From an uncultured Thermoplasmatales archaeon (GTDB lineage: Archaea > Thermoplasmatota > SW-10-69-26), in NCBI GenBank assembly GCA_964396185.1, contig CAYNEI010000006.1, forward strand, positions 11,081 to 75,080: a DNA stretch of 64,000 nt, in the 5' to 3' direction. Below are positions 1 through 10,030 of the stretch, in pieces. Numbering within the stretch: the first letter of the stretch is position 1; the number at the start of each line of letters is the position of its first letter. The notes under the pieces are model-generated. The model did no database searches. It saw only the letters and a list, made by a program, of their open reading frames with translations, and was not told the origin of the DNA. The position numbers were made by a program, and so were the translations under genes.

Positions 1-1
1 C

Positions 2-1381
2 CACTCCCCGCGCGCGTTCCAGCACCCCTCCACCTACCTGGAAGACTATCCCGAGGACGCGGTCGCCCTGGAGCTCACCTTCGACCACGACTCGCTGGAG
101 GACGCCGTTGCGGCGGACTGCGAGGCATGGTCCACGGTAGAACCCGGACCCCTCTACTGGGTGCCAGGGACCCGCATCGTCGGCATGGTCAACCCGGTCG
201 GCGGCTGGTCCCAGCACTCCGGCGACGCCAGCGACTTCGAGTTCACGTGCGAGGACATAGGCGAGGCCTGGCCCCCGTACATCAACGGCGGGTCCCATGG
301 AACCATGGTGGCCAGCCGCGGGGCCGGCAACGACCACGGGGCCTGCTCCGAGTGCCTGATCGTCGCCGTCCAGGGCTGCTGCCCGTTCAACAACGGTGTG
401 GCGAATCGGACCATCGTCTGGGCGGCCGACCAACCCTGGATCGACGCCCAATCCAACTCCTGGGGCCTGTCGTGGCCGATGTACTGCCAGGAAGACAACC
501 CCGACGAACGGTGCGGCGCCAAGCCATCCTTCGTGCGCGCCGTCGAGGACGCTGCGTCCCGTCAGCCCGCGTTCTGGGCCTCCGGCAACGGCGTCACGGA
601 CAGCTACAAGATCCCGATCCTCAGGGACGCCAACCTCGTGGGGGATCCAAGCCAGCTTGACCCGCGCAACACCCCCAGCGTCGTGCGCGTCGGCGGCCAC
701 GACTCGGGCTACGTCGAGGTCTGGACTGGCTGGAGCCCGACGATCGTTTCGGATGCCTGCTGGAGCTGGGCGGCCGAGCACGAGTCGATGAACGAGACCA
801 CGCCCCGCACCGGCGGCGGCACCTCGGCGGCCACCCCCTACGCCGCGGGCACGGCGGCCATGATCCTCCTGGAGGCCCGCCGGATCCTCGACCACGACGC
901 GACCGGCGTCCACGACGGAGTGGTCGCAGAGGGGGAGGGCGGGGATGTCGATGCAGGCCCCCTGGCCGATGGCTCATTCACTCTCGAGGAGCTGGAACGG
1001 GTCCTCTACACGACGGCGGAGGCCCGACCGGACCGGATCGAGGAGGACGGCGACGCCTGCCTGCTCCTCGAACCCGAGGACCTGAGCCGGTGGGGCGAAT
1101 CCCGGGTCGTCGAGGATCCCGGACCCCACTTCCATACCTCATCCACCCTCCCGGTCCCTTGGAACCAGATCCCCGACGGCCCTGCCGGCATCCCGATCAT
1201 CGGCTACGGGGCGGTCACGCCAGCCACTGCCGAGCACGCCTTCCAGGTGCTGCGGGGTGAAGAGATGATGCCGGACCGCCCGCAGGCGGACGCGTACTTC
1301 GCGGCGGATTCTGCCTACCGCGAGAGTGTGCACGAGATCTACACATCGGAAGGGTCGTCGGCAGAGGAGGGTCGCCGATGA
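2..1381 (+). CDS. S8 (subtilisin-like) serine peptidase, 5'-truncated by the window edge
   Basis: Frame open from position 2; HGTMVAS (His motif), ASGNG (oxyanion Asn), GGGTSAATPYAAG (catalytic Ser motif). The Asp motif would lie upstream of the window. Confidence 0.75.
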   Translation, partial: HSPRAFQHPSTYLEDYPEDAVALELTFDHDSLEDAVAADCEAWSTVEPGPLYWVPGTRIVGMVNPVGGWSQHSGDASDFEFTCEDIGEAWPPYINGGSHGTMVASRGAGNDHGACSECLIVAVQGCCPFNNGVANRTIVWAADQPWIDAQSNSWGLSWPMYCQEDNPDERCGAKPSFVRAVEDAASRQPAFWASGNGVTDSYKIPILRDANLVGDPSQLDPRNTPSVVRVGGHDSGYVEVWTGWSPTIVSDACWSWAAEHESMNETTPRTGGGTSAATPYAAGTAAMILLEARRILDHDATGVHDGVVAEGEGGDVDAGPLADGSFTLEELERVLYTTAEARPDRIEEDGDACLLLEPEDLSRWGESRVVEDPGPHFHTSSTLPVPWNQIPDGPAGIPIIGYGAVTPATAEHAFQVLRGEEMMPDRPQADAYFAADSAYRESVHEIYTSEGSSAEEGRR

Positions 1382-1633
1382 TGCCTTTAACGGCCCAGGG
1401 CAGCCCGAGAACCGGGTTTGCGTTCTCTCCGCAAACCGAACCCTCTCCACACCCACCCAGGTCGGGAACGATATGATGGGAGCTGCAGACCTTGTCAGCA
1501 TGGATGCCGGGCCAGTGGCCTCACCAGGGGCTCGGGTCCGGGGCACCGGAAGAGTTTTCACCCCCACCGCGAACACGCGGAGGGAGGCGATCCGAATGGG
1601 AGGACCCGATCTCCTGCCCCGGGAGGGAGCCAC

Positions 1634-3907
1634 ATGAAGGGCTGGTTAGCGTTGGCTGCCGTCGGCCTGATGCTAGGCGTGCCGGCAGCTACCGGCGCGA
1701 GCTACACCCAGCCGGGCAACGGGCCCGAGCGCACGGGTGCCATCGATTTCCTGGGTCCCCAGACCAACGACACGGCCTTCGAGGTCCACTTGCCGGGCGT
1801 ACCCTTCGGCACCCCCTCGGTGATCGACGGCCAGGCTTACATCGTGACGCTGGCTGCTGATGCCTGGACGGATTACGAGGGCGCCACCGACGGGCTCACC
1901 GAGACCGCGCTCTGGCGCCTGGACCTCTCCACCGGAGAGACCGAGCGGATCCTCGATGCAGAGGATCGGACCATCCCTATCCCGTTCGGCGGCCTGACGG
2001 CCGAGCGAGCGATGTTCATCGACTTCGGTACCGAGGAGCTGTTCAACGCCGAGATCGCGTCAGGCGAGGAGCTCTGGCGCGTCAGGCCCATGCCAGAGGA
2101 TCCCCGCGACCACCGCGGGTACAACGACCTTGCCCGGGTCGGTAACACGCTCTACATCGCCTTCACAGCATGGGGGGTGGACGCACCCGAGACCCCCGTG
2201 GGCTCCACGACGGTCGGGCTTTCACCCAGTTATGGACTCATGGCCATCGATGCCGGGACGGGAGAGGCGCACTGGACACGAACGATCAACATTCAGGACG
2301 ACAACTTCCCTCCCATCTGTTGCATGAGCCTGGCCGCGGACGAGGACCACGTCTACGTCTACCTGCGTCGCGGCGGCGATGTCGAGGACATCACCGGAGG
2401 CGTGGGAGCAGGCGGCGAGGGGGTCTCCTACTCCGTCTACGAGAGCCAATACGAGATCCGCGCCTACTCGGCCAACGGTGGCTTCCTCTGGAACCGGAGC
2501 GACACAGCCCAGCAGCGTGTCGGGGTCTACACCTCCCGCGCGGGCATCCAACCGCTCTCTGCACAGGGGTGGGGATGCTGTGCCTACCCGGCGGTCGCGG
2601 ACACCGCAGTCCACATCCGGCTGGACTCCTTCGAGGCCATCAACCCAGCCACGGGCGAGTCCGTCTGGACCAGCGAGGCCGGTCGATCGGACCAGGTACA
2701 GTCCCAGGGCTCTGGTGGCATGGGTGTCCGCGGCGATGTCGCTGTCGCCACCTCGACCCAGACGGTCTACCGCCTGGACGCGACGGACGGCGACATGGTC
2801 TGGCAGAACACGGAGACCGACCAGTGGTATGCCGGACTGCCGGTAACTCTCGACGGGGACACGGCCTACGTCCCCCTCTCTTGGCTGGGCGACGACTGCT
2901 TCCTCGACATTGGCATGGAGGCTCGCGATCTGGAAACCGGTAAATTGCTCTGGCGCTGGTGGCACGAGTCCGCCGTGGGTCGGGACAACTGTGGGAGCAA
3001 CCTCCGATCGGCTGACCCCGGGTTCGGTCCCGGCGTGATGGTTTGGGGCGACAAGGACGGCACGGTGACCGTGCTCGGGACCACGAACGCCTCCCTGGGT
3101 GCACCCCCACCGGAGGCCGAGATGTACCCACCCGAGGGTGAGGAGATCACCCTCGAGGTGCCCGAACCCGAGCCCGGCGCCTTCGGCCCTGCCACGCGCT
3201 ACAAGGTAGACTGGGGTGACGGCACCATCTCCGACTGGCAGGATCGCCCGGTCTTCAACCACACCTACCAGGACGCCGAGACGGTCCAAGCCCACCTGAT
3301 GGCCGGCAACGAGGCCAACCAGACGTCCCGCACGATCGTGACGATGAACGTCGGCCAGGAGGCGCCCACCGAGCCCAATTGGATCAGCGAGCGCTTCGCG
3401 CCGGGCAACCAGGACATGACCTTCGGGATCCTTGGCATCCTGGTCGCGGCCACCGGCGGCGCGGTCGGGGTCACCCAGCGCTACCGCAAGCGTTCCCGGT
3501 TGCAGGATGAGCTGGAGGCTGTCGAGCAGGCCTACGAGGCCACCAAGGACCGGCCGCTCGAGTGCGAGGCCCAGCTCACCGAGCGCAAAACACACGCGCG
3601 CGGGCTCGTGCTGGACGGCGAGCTCGACGAGCAGCAGTTCGGTGTGGTCGAGCAGCGCATCGAGGAGCTGCTCAAGGGCGTGCGCATGGGGGCCATGGAG
3701 GACGAGTTCGACTTCCTGCCCCATGGATTGGTCAAGCGGGCGCGCGAGATGCTGGCCGATGGGACCGTGAGCTCGCTGGAGCGGGAGGCCTTCCTGCAGG
3801 CCGTCGAGGAGGACGAGATGCTCAGCTCGCGCCAGAAGGCGGTGGTGCGGGACAGGATCGAGGCGTGGCATGCCAGGGATGCTGGAACGGGGGCTGGTGG
3901 GCGATGA
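1634..3907 (+). CDS. PQQ-like beta-propeller + PKD domain + TM + cytoplasmic helical tail protein (paralog 1)
   Basis: ATG 1634 after GGGAGG; signal peptide MKGWLALAAVGLMLGVPAA; repeated DxxTGExxW propeller motifs; PKD motif VDWGDGT...NHTY; TM FGILGILVAATGGAVGV followed by RYRKR. Confidence 0.85.
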   Translation: MKGWLALAAVGLMLGVPAATGASYTQPGNGPERTGAIDFLGPQTNDTAFEVHLPGVPFGTPSVIDGQAYIVTLAADAWTDYEGATDGLTETALWRLDLSTGETERILDAEDRTIPIPFGGLTAERAMFIDFGTEELFNAEIASGEELWRVRPMPEDPRDHRGYNDLARVGNTLYIAFTAWGVDAPETPVGSTTVGLSPSYGLMAIDAGTGEAHWTRTINIQDDNFPPICCMSLAADEDHVYVYLRRGGDVEDITGGVGAGGEGVSYSVYESQYEIRAYSANGGFLWNRSDTAQQRVGVYTSRAGIQPLSAQGWGCCAYPAVADTAVHIRLDSFEAINPATGESVWTSEAGRSDQVQSQGSGGMGVRGDVAVATSTQTVYRLDATDGDMVWQNTETDQWYAGLPVTLDGDTAYVPLSWLGDDCFLDIGMEARDLETGKLLWRWWHESAVGRDNCGSNLRSADPGFGPGVMVWGDKDGTVTVLGTTNASLGAPPPEAEMYPPEGEEITLEVPEPEPGAFGPATRYKVDWGDGTISDWQDRPVFNHTYQDAETVQAHLMAGNEANQTSRTIVTMNVGQEAPTEPNWISERFAPGNQDMTFGILGILVAATGGAVGVTQRYRKRSRLQDELEAVEQAYEATKDRPLECEAQLTERKTHARGLVLDGELDEQQFGVVEQRIEELLKGVRMGAMEDEFDFLPHGLVKRAREMLADGTVSSLEREAFLQAVEEDEMLSSRQKAVVRDRIEAWHARDAGTGAGGR

Positions 3908-6246
3908 ATCGATGGATCGTGCTGGCTGGGGTGGCGCTCATGCTCCTAGTCCCGGCGGCCTCGGCCGGTCCCTGGGGTCAGCCCGGCCACGATGCGGCCG
4001 CTACCGGGGCGCCCGACATCGAGGGCCCGCTCGTGGGAGACCGCGCCTTCTCACTTGAGCTTCCGGGCCAGGTTCCGGACGGCCCGTTGGTCTTCCTGCT
4101 CGGTGCACCTGCCGAGCCTGTTGTCCTCGACCGGACCGCCTACGTTGCTGTGGAGCCGGCCGACGGCGAGGAGCGGGACCACCAGGGGATCGTGCGCGTT
4201 GACCTCGACACTGCCGAGGTGGATCGTTTCATCGAGACCGAGCGGTTCCCGTACCGGGTCTCAAGCGATACCGAGCGCCTCTTCGTAACCCAGCGGGGCT
4301 TCATCGACGCCTTCGCTGTGGACACGGGCGAGCACCTGTGGCGGGCCCTCCGGCCGGATGCCTACGGCTGCTTGGCCCCGGTCGTCCACGATGGGGTGCT
4401 TTTCGCCCCATGCGTCGAAGACGACGATCCCGACGTCGAGGGCACCGATGCCGAGGCCCCCAACCCGATCAGCGATGCTGGGGGCGTACTCGTCGCACTC
4501 GACACCGAGACCGGGGAGGAGCTCTGGGCGCAGAACGCCTTCCAGATGACAGACACCTCGAGGCCGGTGGAGGGCCGCAACCAGCAAGCTCCGCTTGCCA
4601 GCGCCGGGGCCAGTTACATCCTAGGCGTGAGCCACACGGGCTCGGGCCTGTTCGCCGTGACCGTGGAGCCGTCCCAGCTGTCCTTTTGCGAGATCAACGT
4701 CGGCATCCCGGAGGCGACCACATGCCAGTCCTACCACGAGACCACCTTCACCCTCTGGTCGCTGGACCCGGCCACGGGCCAAGTGCTCTGGACCAACGAG
4801 ACGCGCCCCTACCACCAGTCCATCGTCCGGAACGACGGGATCGGTGAATCCGAGCAGCCCCACGATGACCCATTCCCGCCCTTCTCCTCCCGGGTGACAG
4901 GGGGAGACCAGCTCGTCTACGTGAAGCTCGATGGCCGGCTCACCGCGCTCAACCCGGACCCGGGGGGTCCACAGGAGGTATGGAGCAGGAACCTGGGCCA
5001 GGAGGAGATCAAGCTCCGCCAGGACTGTGCCTACGAGTTGAACTGCTGGATCGGCGCGGACGCCGGATCCGCCCTCGGTGATGGTGCGGTCTACACCGCC
5101 TCGAACCAGTTGGTCCACCGGTTCGATACGGAGGCTCGCGAGATCATCTGGCGCACACCGATCGCAGCGGATGAGCGACTCGCGAAGGGCTCGCTGACCC
5201 TGGCCGATGATGTCCTCTACGCCATGGCCACCGCCCAGCCCGATGCACGTTTCACCGCGTTCTACGCCTTCGATGCGGAAAGCGGCGACCACCTGTGGCG
5301 TCACGAGCTGGCTGGACCCATGAACAGGCCGGACCTCGCCTCGGCCAACGGGTTCGCCTACGGCCTGGCCGAGGGCTCTCTTGTGAGCGTGGACACTGAT
5401 GGCTGGTTCCATGCGATCGGTCGGACCAACGCTTCGCTGGGCGCACCCCCGGTCGAGACCGAGCTGTACCCGCCCACGGGACGCTCTGTGGCCCTGGAGG
5501 TCCCACAACCCGAGCCAGGGGCCATGGGCCCGGCCACGCGGTACATGGTCGACTGGGGAGATGGCACGGTGACTGACTGGCAGGAGGACCCGGTCTTCAC
5601 GCACACCTATGACGAGGAGGGTGAGGTCACCGCCCGTGTCATCGCCGGCAACGACGCCAACCAAACCTCGTCGTCGTTCGTCACGATGAACGTCGGTGAG
5701 GAAACGCCCACCGAACCCACCTGGCTCAGTCAGCGCTTCGAACCGGACAACCAGGACATGACCTTCGGCGTGCTTGGCATCCTCGTCGCCGTCACCGGCG
5801 GCGCCGTCGGGGTGACCCAGCGCTACCGCAAGCGCTCGCGATTGCAGGACGAGCTGGAAGCGATCGACGAGGCTTATGCAGCGACCCACGAGCGCCCGAT
5901 GGAGTGCGAGGCTCAGCTCAATGAGCGCAAGGCTTACGCCCGGGGCTTGGTGCTCAACGGGGAACTCGACGAGCAGCAGTTCAGCGTCATCGAGCAGCGC
6001 ATCGAGGAACTGCTAAAGGGCATCCGCATGGGGGCCATGGAGGACGAGTTCGACTTCCTCCCCTACGGGCTGGTCAAACGGGCCCGCGAGATGCTCGCGG
6101 ATGGCACGGTGAGTTCGCTGGAGCGCGAGGCCTTCCTGCAGGCCGTCGAGGAGGATGACGTACTCAGCTCGGACCAGACGGCCGCGGTGCGCGAGCGCAT
6201 CGAGGCCTGGCATGCTCGGGACCGGCAAGGCGGGGGGAGCGGGTGA
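3904..6246 (+). CDS. PQQ-like beta-propeller + PKD + TM + cytoplasmic tail protein (paralog 2)
   Basis: ATGA overlap with the previous stop; signal peptide MNRWIVLAGVALMLLVPAASA; DTETGEELW/DPATGQVLW repeats; VDWGDGT; same TM and tail as paralog 1. Confidence 0.85.
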   Translation: MNRWIVLAGVALMLLVPAASAGPWGQPGHDAAATGAPDIEGPLVGDRAFSLELPGQVPDGPLVFLLGAPAEPVVLDRTAYVAVEPADGEERDHQGIVRVDLDTAEVDRFIETERFPYRVSSDTERLFVTQRGFIDAFAVDTGEHLWRALRPDAYGCLAPVVHDGVLFAPCVEDDDPDVEGTDAEAPNPISDAGGVLVALDTETGEELWAQNAFQMTDTSRPVEGRNQQAPLASAGASYILGVSHTGSGLFAVTVEPSQLSFCEINVGIPEATTCQSYHETTFTLWSLDPATGQVLWTNETRPYHQSIVRNDGIGESEQPHDDPFPPFSSRVTGGDQLVYVKLDGRLTALNPDPGGPQEVWSRNLGQEEIKLRQDCAYELNCWIGADAGSALGDGAVYTASNQLVHRFDTEAREIIWRTPIAADERLAKGSLTLADDVLYAMATAQPDARFTAFYAFDAESGDHLWRHELAGPMNRPDLASANGFAYGLAEGSLVSVDTDGWFHAIGRTNASLGAPPVETELYPPTGRSVALEVPQPEPGAMGPATRYMVDWGDGTVTDWQEDPVFTHTYDEEGEVTARVIAGNDANQTSSSFVTMNVGEETPTEPTWLSQRFEPDNQDMTFGVLGILVAVTGGAVGVTQRYRKRSRLQDELEAIDEAYAATHERPMECEAQLNERKAYARGLVLNGELDEQQFSVIEQRIEELLKGIRMGAMEDEFDFLPYGLVKRAREMLADGTVSSLEREAFLQAVEEDDVLSSDQTAAVRERIEAWHARDRQGGGSG

Positions 6247-7697
6247 CCGGCGCCTGTGGGGGGCCGGGACCACAGCGTGGACGCGGTGTGGGTGCTTACG
6301 TGCTCGTAGCGCTGCTGCTGGCCGCACCGTTCATCGGCTGCCTGGGCACCGACGATCCGATTGAGACCACTCCACCTTCGGAACCCATGGAAGCCGACGG
6401 CCACGTCGAGGCGTCCGGCCTCAACCCCTGGCAGGCCGGCCTCGACGATACATACCCGACGCCTGATGTCGCTGTCCACCGCTCGGCCGATGAGCGCCGG
6501 GCCAACGTGGCGCCCCCGGGCGATCCGGAGTTCGCCGCGTTCGATGCAACCATGCAGGCCTGGATGGAGCAGCACGACATCCCAACGGGCCAACTGGCCA
6601 TCATGAAGGACGGGGAGCTCCGCTACGAGCGCGGCTACGGTCACACCGACCAGGACGGGACCGAGCAAGCCGACGCGACCACGATGATGCGCATCGCCAG
6701 CATCTCCAAGCCCATGGTGGCCAGGGTCGTTGCCATGATGGTCGAGGAGGAACGCTTGGGCTGGGATGATCCGGTCTTCTGCCTGCCGGGCGAGCCCAGC
6801 GCGGATTGCGTCCTGCCGATCGACCCCCACCCGGATCGGCCCGTGGTGGACGATCGACTCGCGGAGATCACGGTAGCGCACTTGCGCGACCACACCAGCG
6901 GCTGGGCCACCAGCGGCCCCTGCAACGATCCCATCTGGACCTCAGGCGCCGTGCAGGCCGCCGAGACCTTGGGCGTGTCCTCGCCTGCACCGGCCTGGCG
7001 CACCGTCCAGTGGCTCATGGGTGCCGAGCTGGACCACGACCCGGGATCGACCTACGAGTACTGCAACGCTGGCTACATCACGCTCGGCGTGGTGGCCGAG
7101 GCGCTCACGGGTGCGAGCCTGGATGCGCTGCTGGAGGCCTACCTCTTCCGGCCGCTGGAGCTCACCGGCGAGATCGAGGCCGGGGCCACGCTACCCGAGG
7201 ACCGCAACCCGCGGGAGCCGTTCTACGCCTGCGACCACGGCACAACGCAGAGCGTGTTCGACCCCGATGAGGAGGTGTGCTGGGCCGATGGCGGCTGGTC
7301 GATCGAGACCCAGCTTGGCAACGGCGGCATCATCTCCACAGCATCGGCCATCCTCGCCGTGGTCGAGAGCCTGCCCCTTGGGGCCCTCGAGCTCGACCTG
7401 GGCCCAGCCCGCGCCGAGGCGACCCTTTTCTCGTTCTCCGGCAGCATGCCGGGCACGCGGGCCAACACCATGCTCCTGGCAGACGACGGCACGGGCACCG
7501 GCCAGCTCCAGCTCGCCTTCGCGTTCAACACCCGCATCCCGTCGGAGCTTTGTGGTCCCCAGGCCTTCTCCCAGATGATGCCCGGGTGCGATGTCGGCGA
7601 TGTGCGCGACCCGTTGCTTGCGCTGCTGGCAGCGTGGGGTGCCGGCGAGGAGCTGATGATCACACCGACCGATCACGGACGGGAGACCCAACCATGA
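6243..7697 (+). CDS. Serine hydrolase, beta-lactamase/PBP class C-like family, lipoprotein
   Basis: SxxK (ASISKP), YxN (YEYCNAGY), LRDHTSG; lipobox-like FIGC; GTGA overlap at the start (the true start could be a few codons later). Confidence 0.85.
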   Translation: MTGACGGPGPQRGRGVGAYVLVALLLAAPFIGCLGTDDPIETTPPSEPMEADGHVEASGLNPWQAGLDDTYPTPDVAVHRSADERRANVAPPGDPEFAAFDATMQAWMEQHDIPTGQLAIMKDGELRYERGYGHTDQDGTEQADATTMMRIASISKPMVARVVAMMVEEERLGWDDPVFCLPGEPSADCVLPIDPHPDRPVVDDRLAEITVAHLRDHTSGWATSGPCNDPIWTSGAVQAAETLGVSSPAPAWRTVQWLMGAELDHDPGSTYEYCNAGYITLGVVAEALTGASLDALLEAYLFRPLELTGEIEAGATLPEDRNPREPFYACDHGTTQSVFDPDEEVCWADGGWSIETQLGNGGIISTASAILAVVESLPLGALELDLGPARAEATLFSFSGSMPGTRANTMLLADDGTGTGQLQLAFAFNTRIPSELCGPQAFSQMMPGCDVGDVRDPLLALLAAWGAGEELMITPTDHGRETQP

Positions 7698-10030
7698 CAC
7701 GACGTCCGGTACGACCGCGCCCACGGGCCGGAGTGCGACGAGCTCATGAGGGACAAGATCGGAACCGTCCGGTGGTCTTGGTCTGGACCTTGGTCGCGCT
7801 CATGCTCCTGGTCCCTGCGGCATCGGCTGCAGAACCGTGGCTACGCACCGGCTTCGACCCCGGCCGCACGGGTGCCATCCCGTTCGAGGGACCACAGACG
7901 AACGACACGGCGTTCGTGGTGGAGTTGCCGGGCGTACCAGTCGCCAACACGGTCCTGGTGGACCACATCGCATATCTCGCGACGAGAGACGCAGCGGACT
8001 TCGGCTTCGACGGGGACACGGATGGCCTTGACACCGCCGCTCTGTGGCGTATCGACATCTCCAACGGCGATGTGCAGAAGGTGTTGGACTTCCCGGATCG
8101 GACAGGTCCTGAGATGATCACGCCTGAGCTCGTCTTCTACGAAGACGGGGATGATCTCGTGGCTCTGGAGGTCTCCAGCGGGGAAGCGCGGTGGGTCGCG
8201 CAAGTCGCTCAGGACGACCCGCTGGTGACTGACCGTGACTACGTTGGAACCCCCCTCCTGGTGGACGATACCCTCTATGCGGGGTTCACGACGGGCCGGG
8301 GGGCCTCCGTATCGACCCTGGGCGGGGGTTCCATCGGACAACAGGATCCCCCGACCCTAGGGGTCATGGCCCTCGACGTGGCAACCGGGGAGGTTCTCTG
8401 GGAGCAAAACCGGGCTGACGAGCCCCAGCGCTTGGATGGTGACCCCAGGGACCTCTATGGAGAGAGCATGGCGCTGGCAGCCGACGAACAGCGCATCTAC
8501 GCGTACTTCAAGGTAGGCCTTGAGGACGGCTCGCCGATCAACCTAGAGCGGTTGCAGTACGAGATCTGGGGCCTTGACGCTGGCGACGGGGACGTGCTCT
8601 GGAACCGGAGTGACACCGCCCACCGGGAGGTGGGCGTCCACACGCCGCTGGGACCGGGCACGCTCCTGAACGACGCGGGGGACACGTGCTGTACATGGCC
8701 CGTGGTGACCCAGACGGCCGTCCACATCCGCCTCGACGCGTTCTCAGCGCTCAACAAAGCCGACGGGACCGACGTCTGGACCAGCCCCGCCGGTCGCACA
8801 GATCAGATCCGGATGCAGGGCTCCACGGCCATGGGTGCCCGCGACGACGTATTCATCGGCACATCCCCCCAGACGGTGTACCGGCTCGATGCGGTGGACG
8901 GGGAGCTGGATTGGCTCAAGAACGCCGCATCCCCCTCCCAGGTCCGGGTCTACGGCATGGATCCCGTGGCCTTGGATGGGACCACCGCCTACCTCCCGGT
9001 CCTAGAGGATACGTGTGGCCTCGGTGGTGTCGGGTTCGAAGCCCGTGATGTGGAGACGGGCGAGCTCACCTGGGCATGGCGCTACCTCCCGGATGTCGGG
9101 CGTGACGGGTGCTCGATCACCACCCCGAGCCGGGCAGCGTTCGGCCAAGGTATGGCGTTGATCGGCACCAACGACGGTAGCATCCACGTCCTCGGTCGCA
9201 CAGACGCATCCCTCGGCATCCCATCGTTTGAGATCGAGATGTACCCGCCAGAAGGTGAACCGGTTACCCTCGAGGTCCCCGAACCTGAGCCGGGTGCGTT
9301 CGGCCCAGCCACACGCTACATGATGGACTGGGGCGACGGGACGGTCACGGGTTGGCAGGAGGACCCAGTGTTCACCCACACGTACAACGAGACCGGAGAC
9401 GTCACCGCTCGCGTCATCGCTGGCAACGATGCCAACCAAACCTCGTCGTCGTTCGTCACCGTGCACGTCGGCCAGGAAGCGCCCACCGAGCCCAACTGGA
9501 TCAGCGAGCGCTTCGAGCCGGACAACCAGGACATGACCTTCGGGATCCTGGGCCTCTTGGTGGCCGCTACCGGGGGGGCCATCGGTGTGACCCAGCGCTA
9601 CCGCAAACGCTCGCGGTTGCAGGACGAGCTCGACGCCCTGGAGCGCGGTTTCGAGGAGACCCGCGACCGGCCAGGCACGTGCGAGGCGCTGCTGGAGACC
9701 CGCCAGGCCCGGGCCCGCTCGCTGGTGCTGGATGGCGTGCTGGATGAGCAGCAGGCTGCACTCGTGGACGCGCGGGCCGAGGAGCTCAAGCGCCAATTGC
9801 GCACCCGCAGCCTGCAGCAGGAGTTCGGCTTCCTGCCCTACGCGCTGGTACAGAAGGCCCAGGAGATGCTGGAGGACGGACGGGTCACGGCGCTGGAGCG
9901 CGAGGCCTTCCTGCGCGCGGTGGAGGAGGACACGCTGCTCACGTCGGACCAGAAGGCTACGGTGCGCGAGCGCATCGAGGCCTGGCATGCTCGGGATCGT
10001 CAAGGTGGGGGAGGGGGAGCGGGGCCGTGA
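7694..10030 (+). CDS. PQQ-like beta-propeller + PKD + TM + cytoplasmic tail protein (paralog 3)
   Basis: ATGA overlap; hydrophobic signal VWTLVALMLLVPAASA; DVATGEVLW repeats; MDWGDGT; conserved TM block. Confidence 0.85.
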   Translation: MTRRPVRPRPRAGVRRAHEGQDRNRPVVLVWTLVALMLLVPAASAAEPWLRTGFDPGRTGAIPFEGPQTNDTAFVVELPGVPVANTVLVDHIAYLATRDAADFGFDGDTDGLDTAALWRIDISNGDVQKVLDFPDRTGPEMITPELVFYEDGDDLVALEVSSGEARWVAQVAQDDPLVTDRDYVGTPLLVDDTLYAGFTTGRGASVSTLGGGSIGQQDPPTLGVMALDVATGEVLWEQNRADEPQRLDGDPRDLYGESMALAADEQRIYAYFKVGLEDGSPINLERLQYEIWGLDAGDGDVLWNRSDTAHREVGVHTPLGPGTLLNDAGDTCCTWPVVTQTAVHIRLDAFSALNKADGTDVWTSPAGRTDQIRMQGSTAMGARDDVFIGTSPQTVYRLDAVDGELDWLKNAASPSQVRVYGMDPVALDGTTAYLPVLEDTCGLGGVGFEARDVETGELTWAWRYLPDVGRDGCSITTPSRAAFGQGMALIGTNDGSIHVLGRTDASLGIPSFEIEMYPPEGEPVTLEVPEPEPGAFGPATRYMMDWGDGTVTGWQEDPVFTHTYNETGDVTARVIAGNDANQTSSSFVTVHVGQEAPTEPNWISERFEPDNQDMTFGILGLLVAATGGAIGVTQRYRKRSRLQDELDALERGFEETRDRPGTCEALLETRQARARSLVLDGVLDEQQAALVDARAEELKRQLRTRSLQQEFGFLPYALVQKAQEMLEDGRVTALEREAFLRAVEEDTLLTSDQKATVRERIEAWHARDRQGGGGGAGP

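Noticed and set aside
1418-1633. Upstream extensions given in the ORF track (also 3562, 7277, 17505, 26909, 29190, 30761, 44330, 50254, 53137, 53883, 56384)
   Set aside because: Signal peptides, RBS or stop-start overlaps place the true starts downstream.
1326-1637. Small ORF whose stop overlaps the paralog 1 start
   Set aside because: No motif, atypical composition; the overlap may be coincidental.
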